A stretch of 30,278 bases of DNA from a virus. Lineage: Duplodnaviria > Caudoviricetes. The DNA lies in IMG/VR virus record IMGVR_UViG_3300017548_000013, positions 1-30,278 of that record; one strand, written 5' to 3'. Each line of letters begins with the position of its first letter. Position 1 is the first letter of the stretch. Shown piece by piece: positions 1 to 8,537 of this stretch. Under the pieces are notes generated by a model that was not told where the DNA came from, did not search any database, and saw only the letters and a program-made list of their open reading frames with translations. Position numbers and translations under genes: made by a program.

Positions 1-191
1 TAGATCCTTTCGACCTCGGCCGAGGAAATGGCCCGCAGGTCGGCTTCGGTGGCACCGGGGCGATAGCGGCGGTACGTGGCGAGCGTAATGCCCTTCATGG
101 TCGCGCGGCCGGTGTCTTGGGGATGATCGGACCACCCGCCCTCATAGGCGAGCGTTTCCGCCAGCACCGCTGGCAGATTACCTTTGGCCAT
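1..191 (-). CDS. Endolysin, glycoside hydrolase family 108 (5' part only, runs off the left edge; absent from the ORF track)
   Basis: Manual translation from ATG at 191: MAKGNLPAVLAETLAYEGGWSDHPQDTGRATMKGITLATYRRYRPGATEADLRAISSAEVERI..., matching the GH108 EGG(Y/W)xxHPxDxGxxTxxGIT motif. RBS AGGAGG just upstream. Confidence 0.9.
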   Translation of the reverse strand, partial: MAKGNLPAVLAETLAYEGGWSDHPQDTGRATMKGITLATYRRYRPGATEADLRAISSAEVERI

Positions 192-215
192 CGTTGGCCT
201 CCTCTTATGGTGGTG

Positions 216-242
216 AAAAGAAAGCCCCGCGTAAGCAGGGCT
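216..242 (-). terminator. Intrinsic terminator-like hairpin directly upstream of the endolysin
   Basis: Minus strand AGCCCTGC-TTAC-GCGGGGCT (8-bp stem, one G-U pair) followed by TTCTTTT. Confidence 0.6.
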
Positions 243-270
243 CGAATTTCGGAGTGGGGGTGCTGCGGCA

Positions 271-385
271 ACCAAAGGCGCGTTCGCGGCGTTTTAGGCC
301 ACGCCTACCTCAAGGCGGGCGGCGCGCGTTCAGGTCTTCCCGTCCAAGCCCTGGCCTGGTCGAACAACGCGCGCCGCCATTTGGT
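271..385. other. Multi-stem structured non-coding element (candidate sRNA or cis-regulatory RNA)
   Basis: Perfect 13-bp inverted repeat GGCGGCGCGCGTT (318-330) / AACGCGCGCCGCC (366-378), inner stem 331-336/353-358, hairpin CGCCT 302-306 / AGGCG 313-317, closing stem ACCAAA 271-276 / TTTGGT 380-385. Confidence 0.45.
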
Positions 386-395
386 GTGCTTTAGG

Positions 396-424
396 CTTGA
401 TGCATTGGACCAGTCGCGTATCTT
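396..424 (+). promoter_or_regulatory. Putative sigma70 promoter of the peptide-wzy unit
   Basis: TTGATG (397-402), 16-nt spacer, TATCTT (419-424); resembles the alphaproteobacterial CTTGAC-N17-CTATAT pattern; about 50 nt upstream of the ATG at 477. Confidence 0.4.
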
Positions 425-476
425 GGCCCCGAGAGCCGAATTCCCCCATATGAACTAAGAAAGAGGGATTCCCGAA

Positions 477-617
477 ATGAGGCGAAGCAACAGCGCGGCG
501 TGGTGCGTGGCGATTTCCTGCGTTGTGGCGTATATCTTGTTCGGCCTTGCTGCCGGGATCTATATCCCCCTTACTGAGGAAGACCTAGCGATGAGCCGCC
601 ATGAATACCTCGACTGA
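477..617 (+). CDS. 46-aa single-transmembrane peptide, candidate Iap-like inhibitor of the host O-antigen polymerase (absent from the ORF track)
   Basis: MRRSNSAAWCVAISCVVAYILFGLAAGIYIPLTEEDLAMSRHEYLD*: basic N-terminus, about 23 hydrophobic residues, acidic tail. Purine-rich RBS (AAGAAAGAGGGA) upstream; overlaps the wzy start by 17 nt. Function inferred from context. Confidence 0.6.
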   Translation: MRRSNSAAWCVAISCVVAYILFGLAAGIYIPLTEEDLAMSRHEYLD

Positions 618-2115
618 AGCGACCTCGTCGGAGAAATTTGGCCCGCGAGATTTGGCGGCATTCTCAGCTATCGTAGCTCTGGCGTTTGGCCTTCCAGCGA
701 CGTTTTTCCCAATTGCCAATTATGATGTCGAAACCGCGTCATTTGTGGGTTCAGCATATTTCGTAGCAGCGGCAGCCTTTATGTCCCTTTCTGCCGCCGC
801 TCTTCACCGGACGCTGATCCATCCCTATGTGCTCTTTGTAGGCACGTCTTGTTTGTTCATCGGTGGCCGCTTCTTCGCCTATCTATTCGGCGGCATCCAG
901 TCGACCTTTTATGACGCGAACTTCAAAGTACTAGACCTGACGGGGGCTGAGGCTTGGAATCTCGTAACCTTCGTTGTCCCGTGCATGCTCGGCCTTCACG
1001 CCGGTTACATGTGGTTCTGGGCGCAAAAACGCACCGATTCCACGGATAAGGCTGCGCCACTGCCCAGCAACTTCGAGAGGACGCTCGCCATCCCGAGTGC
1101 CATATTGCTGGTCATCTGTGCACCGATCGCGGGCTGGGGAGTGCTGCAGCAGTATCTCGCGTGCATGTCAGGCGGATATCTTGAGGTTTATCAGTCGTCC
1201 GCCGAATTTGCCTCCCGCAGTTCAAATCTCGCCCAGTACGGGCTTTTACTCTCGATGGGTCTAGCCTTCGCTTCGCGCAATCGAGTTCTGGAAATACTGA
1301 CGACCTTGTGTATGGCTGTCGTGAGTTTGGGGCTTTTGGTGGTGGGCATCCGATCCACCTTCCTTGCATTCGTCCTGCTGGCAACCTTCCTCGCTCACAA
1401 GCGGGTGCGACGGCTAAATGTCCTGACCGCACTAATCGTGCCAGTCGCCCTGGTTGTCTTCGCTCAAGGCGCTTCCGTTTTCAGTTGCCGCGCCGTGGTA
1501 GAGGATGAGCGCATCCTCAACCAACAGGTCATCCCCGAAGACGAACGGCAGGCAGAGTTTGTAGAGCGTCTTAGCGCAGGAGGAATCTTTGCCTTCATCC
1601 ACAACCAGGGAACGAGCCTGCTTTCGATCCATGTAGCAACCACGATCCCAGATTATCCGCTGCCTGCGCTGTTCCAGACCTTCTTCCCTGGCTTCGGAGT
1701 GATTGCCAAGCTTCTCGGCCATCCCCTTGAGCTAACCGACCTATACTACGGGCAGTACATGGCGAAGGAATGGATGCCCGACCGCTATGCGGTTGGAGAA
1801 GGGTTCGGGTGGTCGATATTTTCAGACTTGGTAGTCTGGTCTGGAAACAACCATTTCGTAGCCTTCTGGCTGGCAGCAGTGCTCGGAGCCGCCTTCGCCG
1901 TGCTGATCAGCGCCGCAGCTACAAGTGCTGTCTGGTTCGGGGCACTCGTGGTGATTATGCCGAAGTTGATGCTGCTTCCTCGTGCGGGGCTATATTCGAT
2001 ATTCCCCTATCTCATTGCCTTTATGGTAATCGTCTGCGGATGGTGGGTAGTTGTCCGGCTATACACCCGATGGCGAGGCCGAGGCGGAAGGGTTTCGGCC
2101 TCACAAAAGGCCTAG
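601..2115 (+). CDS. wzy: O-antigen polysaccharide polymerase, Wzy family (O-ag_pol_Wzy-like); phage moron
   Basis: 504-aa polytopic membrane protein with family-like motifs HPYVLF..LFIGGRFF, GGYLEVY, GIRS, FIHNQGTS and GEGFGWSIFSDL. Opposite strand to the phage genes and visibly more AT-rich. Confidence 0.8.
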   Translation: MNTSTEATSSEKFGPRDLAAFSAIVALAFGLPATFFPIANYDVETASFVGSAYFVAAAAFMSLSAAALHRTLIHPYVLFVGTSCLFIGGRFFAYLFGGIQSTFYDANFKVLDLTGAEAWNLVTFVVPCMLGLHAGYMWFWAQKRTDSTDKAAPLPSNFERTLAIPSAILLVICAPIAGWGVLQQYLACMSGGYLEVYQSSAEFASRSSNLAQYGLLLSMGLAFASRNRVLEILTTLCMAVVSLGLLVVGIRSTFLAFVLLATFLAHKRVRRLNVLTALIVPVALVVFAQGASVFSCRAVVEDERILNQQVIPEDERQAEFVERLSAGGIFAFIHNQGTSLLSIHVATTIPDYPLPALFQTFFPGFGVIAKLLGHPLELTDLYYGQYMAKEWMPDRYAVGEGFGWSIFSDLVVWSGNNHFVAFWLAAVLGAAFAVLISAAATSAVWFGALVVIMPKLMLLPRAGLYSIFPYLIAFMVIVCGWWVVVRLYTRWRGRGGRVSASQKA

Positions 2116-2247
2116 CCTTAAGCCAAGGGTAGCCATCCCGTTGCAGATGCCCCTGATATCTTTGCGTAGAAGGCTGTCGAGGCAGAACTAACATCCGGTG
2201 TTCCATGGCGATCGCAATGCGATGGCCTGCGCTCAATGGCACCGCCG

Positions 2248-2745
2248 CTAGGCTAGAGCCCACCCCCACATTTCATTCAAGCGCTCCGGAGCGATGCCGA
2301 GGACCTGACGTGCGCCCTCAATAAAGGGATGGTCACGCTCGAAGAACTTAGCCTGGTCGACCTTGGCCGAGACGATCGACCAGAATGCGAGCGCCTCGAT
2401 ATAGGCCTGGGTCTGTTCGCCCTCGGGTGGTTCCGGCTCGAGACTATCAACCCAGGCTCTCAATTCACCTTCATAGCCACGCTGATCCAGCTTGCCGAAA
2501 AAGCGGAGCGCCGCCCAGAACTGATCGGGCTCAAGATTGGGGAACTGCGCAAGCCGCGCCTCTCTTGCCAACCGGTCGTTTTCGATCGTATCGGCACGAT
2601 CCATGATCGTGGCCATGGTGGGCGCGCTGACATAGAGGGGATCGGCGCCGATGCTCCCAATCCTGATCCGGCCCTCGCCGTCCAGGCTGAACCTGCTGGT
2701 GCCCAATACCTCGATAGCAGCCAAGATGATGCTTTGAGGGGTCAT
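2248..2745 (-). CDS. Hypothetical protein downstream of the tail fibre (possible fibre assembly or accessory protein)
   Basis: 165 aa, ATGA overlap with the fibre gene; C-terminal FERDHPFI..LGI...LNEMW resembles small fibre-associated phage proteins. Confidence 0.6.
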   Translation of the reverse strand: MTPQSIILAAIEVLGTSRFSLDGEGRIRIGSIGADPLYVSAPTMATIMDRADTIENDRLAREARLAQFPNLEPDQFWAALRFFGKLDQRGYEGELRAWVDSLEPEPPEGEQTQAYIEALAFWSIVSAKVDQAKFFERDHPFIEGARQVLGIAPERLNEMWGWALA

Positions 2746-4496
2746 GGCTCAAACTCCACGAATATGTAGGAATGCTTGGTGAGCTTCGCGGTGCAGCCGG
2801 CGTAATAGCTGAAGTAGTATGGCGCGACCGACCAAGCGCTTGTGTCGCTTCGTCGATCAGCATTTTCGAGGAGAGCCGTCGCAGCCACGGCGCCGCGGTG
2901 CGTGCTGGTGCCGGCGGCAGGAGCAAACCCCTGCATCAGGAACTGTTGAGCTATTGTGCGGGGCGCAATGGCATAGGTCGTCCCGTCGTAGCGATACAGC
3001 GAAACACCCATTCCATGATCGCCGGTCGCGGCGCGCTCCGTCTCGGCGTCAATAGCGCAGATCACCAGCAGGTTGCTTGTCGGCGAGACCGGGGTGTAGG
3101 TCGTGCCTACCGATATCACTGCAGTTGTAGAGGTTGTCGCATAAACGGTTGTTATCGGCGTGAACTGCACCTTGCGGATGACTTTTCCCGCAAGCCCGGC
3201 AATAGACAGAGTACCCGACAGTCCGAGGTTACCGAGACCCGAGAGATTACCGGAATCGTCCAGCGTTGCAGCGCTTCCCTGACCAGTGACGCCACCGGTT
3301 CCATCGGAGCGGAGAAGGCGATTGTCCGTACCGCCCAAGGCGCCGCGAAGCAGGATGGCCAGGGCAATTCCACCGTCACCGATCAGTTCGCCCGACGTAT
3401 CAGAGAAGACTGCCACCCGGCCGGCCACGGATGACGCGGGGCCGACAACGGTGCCATTGCCCGATCCGGCCGGGCCGCGCATGTCCATCGCGTTGGCGAT
3501 GTTGGCCGTGTACGTGCCATCAGCCTTGAGATAGTCGCCGACATTGGCGGTGGGGGGCGCTCCGGCACCACCGACATAGCCGAGTAGCTTGAGCACCCTG
3601 CGCTCGCCATCACTGACGCCGACGAGCTGCGGCGACCAGCCCTTATCGCCCTGGTCGCCTTTGTCGCCCTTGGTGCCAGTGAGATAGGCTGGCGAACCCC
3701 AGGCGCCGGCTCCGCCCGTGCCCATGGTGAAGAATACCGCGCGGCCGGTGCCGTCGTCGTTGACCTTGACGACGAAGCCCGGTGCTTCGTTGTCGTAGGC
3801 GGCACGGCCGGCCATGTCGTCGACCTCGGCATCGGCCGCGAAGCTCTCACCCTTCCGGTTCCACTCGACTGCAACCAGCTCACCGTCGGCGATAAGGCCA
3901 TCGCCATCGACATAGGAAAGAGCAATCTTGCGCCATTCATCCGGCCCCATGTTCTGGGGCGCAGCGGACAGCGTGTAGGCGGCATAGGCGCCGGTATCGA
4001 TGCCACGGACGATGTAGACCGTGCCGGCCTTGGCGAGGTCGATCAGCGCGCCCTGCTCGTGCCCGCCGTAGTCGAGCACATCCATGTAGATCTCGGTGGT
4101 ATCCGCCCAGGCGGCGGCATTGCGCGCGAGCTTGCCCGGCCCCGGATCGTTGGCGCCGGAGAGACCGGCGCACTCGTAGAACAGCCCCTTGCCGTAAGCG
4201 TCCGTCAGGGCGAGCTTGGCGTTGTACTCGGTGATCGAGCGCGCCACCTTCACCAGGTTGATGGCATTGGCGTTGAGCGGGTCGATTTCGCAGGAGACCG
4301 TGCCGTCAACGCCCTCATAGTCACGGGTCAGTTCGAAATGGCTGGTATCCGTGCGCGAGGCGATGAAGTAGGACGCGCCGCCCAGGACGGCCGTGCCGTC
4401 GGAAGGGCAATTCGCATCGCTGAGCGGGGCTCCCGTGAAAGCGACAGTGCGGGCGCCGGCCAGTACCGCAGCGGTGCCGGAGAGAATGCGGGTCAT
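2742..4496 (-). CDS. Tail fibre / receptor-binding protein
   Basis: 584 aa, Gly/Ala/Thr rich, collagen-like GTKGDKGDQGDKG, modular with a beta-rich C-terminal domain; at the end of the tail module. Confidence 0.8.
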   Translation of the reverse strand: MTRILSGTAAVLAGARTVAFTGAPLSDANCPSDGTAVLGGASYFIASRTDTSHFELTRDYEGVDGTVSCEIDPLNANAINLVKVARSITEYNAKLALTDAYGKGLFYECAGLSGANDPGPGKLARNAAAWADTTEIYMDVLDYGGHEQGALIDLAKAGTVYIVRGIDTGAYAAYTLSAAPQNMGPDEWRKIALSYVDGDGLIADGELVAVEWNRKGESFAADAEVDDMAGRAAYDNEAPGFVVKVNDDGTGRAVFFTMGTGGAGAWGSPAYLTGTKGDKGDQGDKGWSPQLVGVSDGERRVLKLLGYVGGAGAPPTANVGDYLKADGTYTANIANAMDMRGPAGSGNGTVVGPASSVAGRVAVFSDTSGELIGDGGIALAILLRGALGGTDNRLLRSDGTGGVTGQGSAATLDDSGNLSGLGNLGLSGTLSIAGLAGKVIRKVQFTPITTVYATTSTTAVISVGTTYTPVSPTSNLLVICAIDAETERAATGDHGMGVSLYRYDGTTYAIAPRTIAQQFLMQGFAPAAGTSTHRGAVAATALLENADRRSDTSAWSVAPYYFSYYAGCTAKLTKHSYIFVEFEP

Positions 4497-5212
4497 GGGC
4501 CACTCCGATATGAGCAGGGGGTGATTTCGAGGACGCCCGTATAGGTCGAGGCGTAGTTGGTGGTGTTGACGTTGCTGCAGGCGTAGGGGTCGCCCTCGCG
4601 CAGCTTGCGGGGGTTAACGTCGGGATCGCCTTGGATCCACTGGTGCTGGATCTGGCATGATGTGAAGCCCAGGGTGCCGACCGTCTGCCGACGGCGGAGG
4701 ACAGCGCGGCCGGAGGCGATGACGATCTCGAAGAGCCGCGCCCAATTGTCTCCGCGCTCGGCGATCATGGAGTTGCCAAGCAGCGGCATCCACTGGCCAG
4801 CGATGATCTCTGACGGCCAGTCGTATAGGCCGGCATTGGCAGGATACCCGGACCACCACATCTTCGGCGGGGAAAGCGTTCTCGTCAGCTTGATGCGGGT
4901 TTCGAGGAAGTCGGTCCCGGCGGGCAGCGCCCCCAAATCGATGTTGGGAAGGGTTCTCTCTTCCGGGTTCACTGTTCCCAGGGTCCGGCATTCCTCGTCA
5001 CGAGTATTTCCGCCGTTGTAGCGCTGCGAACCGTAGAGATAGCGATAGCCCTTGCTGGCAAAGTCGGGGAACGACAGCGTGAAAGGGTCAATGGTGATGA
5101 CCGCACCGGGCACCGCATTGAAGCTCTTGGCGGCCGTATCGAGGACGGTGCGGGTACCGTCCTGCATAAGGACGCGGCCTGCCTTGAAGCTGAACTTAGG
5201 GGTCGCCATCAC
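4493..5212 (-). CDS. Hypothetical tail/baseplate-region protein
   Basis: 239 aa, 4-nt overlaps with both neighbours, beta-rich; between tail tip and fibre. Confidence 0.7.
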   Translation of the reverse strand: MMATPKFSFKAGRVLMQDGTRTVLDTAAKSFNAVPGAVITIDPFTLSFPDFASKGYRYLYGSQRYNGGNTRDEECRTLGTVNPEERTLPNIDLGALPAGTDFLETRIKLTRTLSPPKMWWSGYPANAGLYDWPSEIIAGQWMPLLGNSMIAERGDNWARLFEIVIASGRAVLRRRQTVGTLGFTSCQIQHQWIQGDPDVNPRKLREGDPYACSNVNTTNYASTYTGVLEITPCSYRSGP

Positions 5213-6021
5213 GCCACCACGCTGAGGTAATCGACGCTGGTCAAGCTGCCGCCATAGCGGACAACCGTGGCGCCGCGCACCGTGACGCTCTCGATCCAGA
5301 AACCGCCCGAGCGCACATAGCGCACCTGCCCGTTGTTGATGTCGTAGACCGGCTCTGTCGGCATATGGAAAGCCGTCTCCCCGGCGTCCGCGAGGCGCAG
5401 GTGCTTTTCGGAATAGTCGACCTTGCCGCGACCAGCGATCAGAACGTTGCCGTCTCGCTTGGCCTGAAAAACAGGCTTGGAGGGGTCGGCCTGGGGCTTG
5501 CGAAACACGACCACGCGATAGGTCTTGGAAAGCGAGGCCATCGGCCCGATCCCCGGCACCACGTACTCGACCTGCACGATCTGTGTGGTGGTCGCGTAGT
5601 GCCGAACGAAGCGGGTGCCGCCTTCCTCGTTGTTGGCGTACTGGATCGGCGCCGACGCCGGCAGCTCGTTATAATTCTCATCGGCGATGAGGAACTTCGG
5701 CACATAGCCGAGGCCGTGGGTCAGCAACATGCGGCTGACGGTGTAGGTGGTCGGGTAGATCGTCACCGGCGTCAATGCCAACGCGGACGGATCGTAGTTG
5801 ACGGCCGCCGACGCCGGATAGGCCGCGTGGGTAACTGCGACTGAGGCGGCTGCCGCCTCAGCGTAATAGTCATTCTTCGAGTGGAAGTAGACCGCCTTGA
5901 GATGCTGCTCCGGGTGCTTATAGGGCGCAAACTTGTCGCCCGAGGCAGGCTTATCCCAGACGGCCATTTCATCGCCGATCATCAGGCACTTCCCGCCGTC
6001 TTCCATATAGATGAAAGGCAA
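5209..6021 (-). CDS. Hypothetical tail/baseplate-region protein
   Basis: 270 aa, starts 2 nt after the tail tip stop, beta-rich. Confidence 0.7.
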   Translation of the reverse strand: MPFIYMEDGGKCLMIGDEMAVWDKPASGDKFAPYKHPEQHLKAVYFHSKNDYYAEAAAASVAVTHAAYPASAAVNYDPSALALTPVTIYPTTYTVSRMLLTHGLGYVPKFLIADENYNELPASAPIQYANNEEGGTRFVRHYATTTQIVQVEYVVPGIGPMASLSKTYRVVVFRKPQADPSKPVFQAKRDGNVLIAGRGKVDYSEKHLRLADAGETAFHMPTEPVYDINNGQVRYVRSGGFWIESVTVRGATVVRYGGSLTSVDYLSVVA

Positions 6022-6023
6022 TC

Positions 6024-8519
6024 TCAGACTCCGGTGAAGGTGATTTCAGGGTTGTCGAAGTCGATCACCATGGACACGCCGTCCTGGCTGGTGATCCTTG
6101 ATGCGCGCGCCACCAGCAACTTCACCACGCCATCCTCGATCGAGAACGGGGCCGAGATCACCTCGCCCGTGGTGCTGATGAAGACCAGGCGATCTGCCAT
6201 GATCTCGACCGACGCGAAGGTTCCCCCGACGCCATCGGCTATGGCCTTCATGCGCAATGCCGCTTCGGAGAAGGCATCGCCGAGCATCGCCCGCACTTTC
6301 ATGAGGATCTGTGCGGACGCCCCTGTTCCATCGGCAATGCCCTCGATCTTGAAGAGGCCGGCGCCCAAGGCGTCATTGACGACGGCCACAACCTCCTCGC
6401 TCAGCTCGGCGATGGCCTTGTCGGCCTCGGCGATAGCCACTTCATTGCGGATGATCGCCGCGGTGTTGCTGCCGTTGCGCGCCACGAGCGTGCTGATGCG
6501 GCGCCGGCTGGTTTCGTCGCCCGTGACGATGGCATTGGCCAGGTCGCCGAATTGCTCGCGCAACTCGTCGAGTTGGTCTTGAACGCTGCCCAGCGACTTG
6601 CCCGTGACAAGACCATGCGCATTGCGCAGTTCTTCCCCGAGCTGGATCACTTGGATGTTGTTCACCTCGGGGATATCGGGCGTGGTGACCGTCAGAAGGG
6701 CGGACCATTCCACGGGCCGAGCGCTATACGGGTCGTACCGGCCGTGCACCTCATAGGCGGTCTTGCCGATCAAACCATCGCTGATGACGCCCCAGCCAGC
6801 GGCAACGTTGCGGAACTCACCGGAACTGACGACATCGGTTCCGAGCACCACCTCATAGACCACCGCGCGAACGTCTACCTGATCGCCGTCCCAGACGATC
6901 TGGATGCCCGGCTTTCGAGCGTTGGAGTCGGTATCGTAGAAGGTGTAGGGCGATACGCCGAAATCGACGATGGCCTGCGGCGCAGGCGTGACCCGAATAA
7001 CAGGGCCATCGACAGGCGGCCGATAGTCGGTCTCCTGGTCCCAATCATAGTCCGAGGGATCAACCTCCGTGATGTCGACCAGCACGTCGAGATTGGCCCT
7101 GTCGGCTACGCCATCGACGCGGAAGAGCTTGGACACATAGCCGTTGCGCGCGCTGGTCCACTCGACGATATCGCCGGGCTCCAGGACCTGAAACTCTGGC
7201 GGAAGGACGAAGGTATGCCGGCGCGCCCGAAGAGCCTCGAGGAGCGCCGACTTCATCAGCCGCTGCACCTGGCCCGGATACGGCACCATGTCGAGCGAGA
7301 CGGACGCCATCAAGCGCCGGTTGCCATCCCTGACTTCGAGATCAGGGCGTAGCAGTGGCGGGGCCACCTTGCTGTTCCAGACCTCGGTCGGGTTCGGATA
7401 GGTCGCGGAAACACCATTGATGGTATCGGCCAGCCCAAAGAACGGCGTGAAGCTCTGCTCTTCGGTTGAAATGATGTGGCCGTCGTCGAACTGTGTCACC
7501 GGCGACCCCGGCTCGCCGACATAGAGCTTATAGGCACCGCCGACCTCGACGAGCCGACCCTGGCAACTGGTGAGCAGCGCTTCGACGGCGGCATTGAACG
7601 GGGCACCCACCTGCAGCTCGCCGCCCGTGCGATAGGTCGGCTCGGTGCCGCTCGGACCAGCGATACCGGCGCGGCACTTGTTGATCTGGGCAATCCAGTT
7701 CGCGGCTGGCAGGCGAGCCGCCGGCAAGTCCTGTAGCCCGTAGAGCCATTGGCCGTTCCAGCGCACGCCACGCAGCAGGTTGTAGAGCTGCACAGCCGGG
7801 AGGAAGTCGCCATCGCCGCCCCAGGTCGCCGGGTTGTTCCAGCGATGAGTGCCGACGCCGCCGACGCTGCTATCCTTGCTGATGTCGTAGAGCTTGGCAC
7901 CGTAGGTGGTGAACTTGTACTGCGGGAACCCGCCCTTGAAGAGCTCCTGCTCGCCGAGGCTGGTGGCGATGACGTACGGCACGCCCCGGCCGATACGGCG
8001 GGCGCTGTACGGCCGCGCGGCAGACGAGACGGTGCCGGTCAGCAGCGGATCGGCAGTGGTCTGCGAGCCGTCGTGGAACTTGATCCAGAGGTAATCGCGG
8101 CCGTTCTTGCGATACTCAGCGACTGGAATGCCAAGGGTCGGGTGCGCCTGCCCGGTCAGCAGCGTCACCGGTGACCCGGCGACATCGACACCGACAAGGG
8201 CTTGCACCGGAATATCGCCGATGGCGATGACGCGGGTGCTATAGGCGTTGGGGGTCTTGTCGACCTCGCCCCATTCGTTCTGGTAGGCGAGGGAGCCCGC
8301 CGTGGTGTTCCAGCCCAGGTTGATCGAGCGCGGGACATCATCGCCGCCCTGTATCTTGCCCTGGACCGAGAACGTCTGCTGCTGCTGCTCGCCCGATACC
8401 GCTTTGGCAATCGCGCTCATGGCCAGGCCGGCGGCGATCTGGAGGCCCGTTGCGGTCAGGCCAGCAAGAAACGTTCCGGCTCCAAACAGGAGGGAGCCAA
8501 TGGCTGAAAAGACAGGCAT
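6024..8519 (-). CDS. Tail tip / host-specificity (gpJ-like, Phage-tail_3) protein
   Basis: 831 aa; GAKLYD..KDSSVGG.G.HRWNNPATW, LEPGDIV, coiled segment and C-terminal IMADRLVF...PFSI as in gpJ-type central tail proteins. Confidence 0.85.
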   Translation of the reverse strand: MPVFSAIGSLLFGAGTFLAGLTATGLQIAAGLAMSAIAKAVSGEQQQQTFSVQGKIQGGDDVPRSINLGWNTTAGSLAYQNEWGEVDKTPNAYSTRVIAIGDIPVQALVGVDVAGSPVTLLTGQAHPTLGIPVAEYRKNGRDYLWIKFHDGSQTTADPLLTGTVSSAARPYSARRIGRGVPYVIATSLGEQELFKGGFPQYKFTTYGAKLYDISKDSSVGGVGTHRWNNPATWGGDGDFLPAVQLYNLLRGVRWNGQWLYGLQDLPAARLPAANWIAQINKCRAGIAGPSGTEPTYRTGGELQVGAPFNAAVEALLTSCQGRLVEVGGAYKLYVGEPGSPVTQFDDGHIISTEEQSFTPFFGLADTINGVSATYPNPTEVWNSKVAPPLLRPDLEVRDGNRRLMASVSLDMVPYPGQVQRLMKSALLEALRARRHTFVLPPEFQVLEPGDIVEWTSARNGYVSKLFRVDGVADRANLDVLVDITEVDPSDYDWDQETDYRPPVDGPVIRVTPAPQAIVDFGVSPYTFYDTDSNARKPGIQIVWDGDQVDVRAVVYEVVLGTDVVSSGEFRNVAAGWGVISDGLIGKTAYEVHGRYDPYSARPVEWSALLTVTTPDIPEVNNIQVIQLGEELRNAHGLVTGKSLGSVQDQLDELREQFGDLANAIVTGDETSRRRISTLVARNGSNTAAIIRNEVAIAEADKAIAELSEEVVAVVNDALGAGLFKIEGIADGTGASAQILMKVRAMLGDAFSEAALRMKAIADGVGGTFASVEIMADRLVFISTTGEVISAPFSIEDGVVKLLVARASRITSQDGVSMVIDFDNPEITFTGV

Positions 8520-8537
8520 GTGGGGGAGGCCTCGCGG

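Noticed and set aside
117-458. ORFs of 113 aa and 66 aa in the endolysin-wzy gap
   Set aside because: One overlaps the endolysin antisense and both run across the terminator and structured element; no protein features.
2742-4496. Diversity-generating retroelement or invertible segment acting on the tail fibre
   Set aside because: No reverse transcriptase, invertase or template/variable repeat pair seen in the window.
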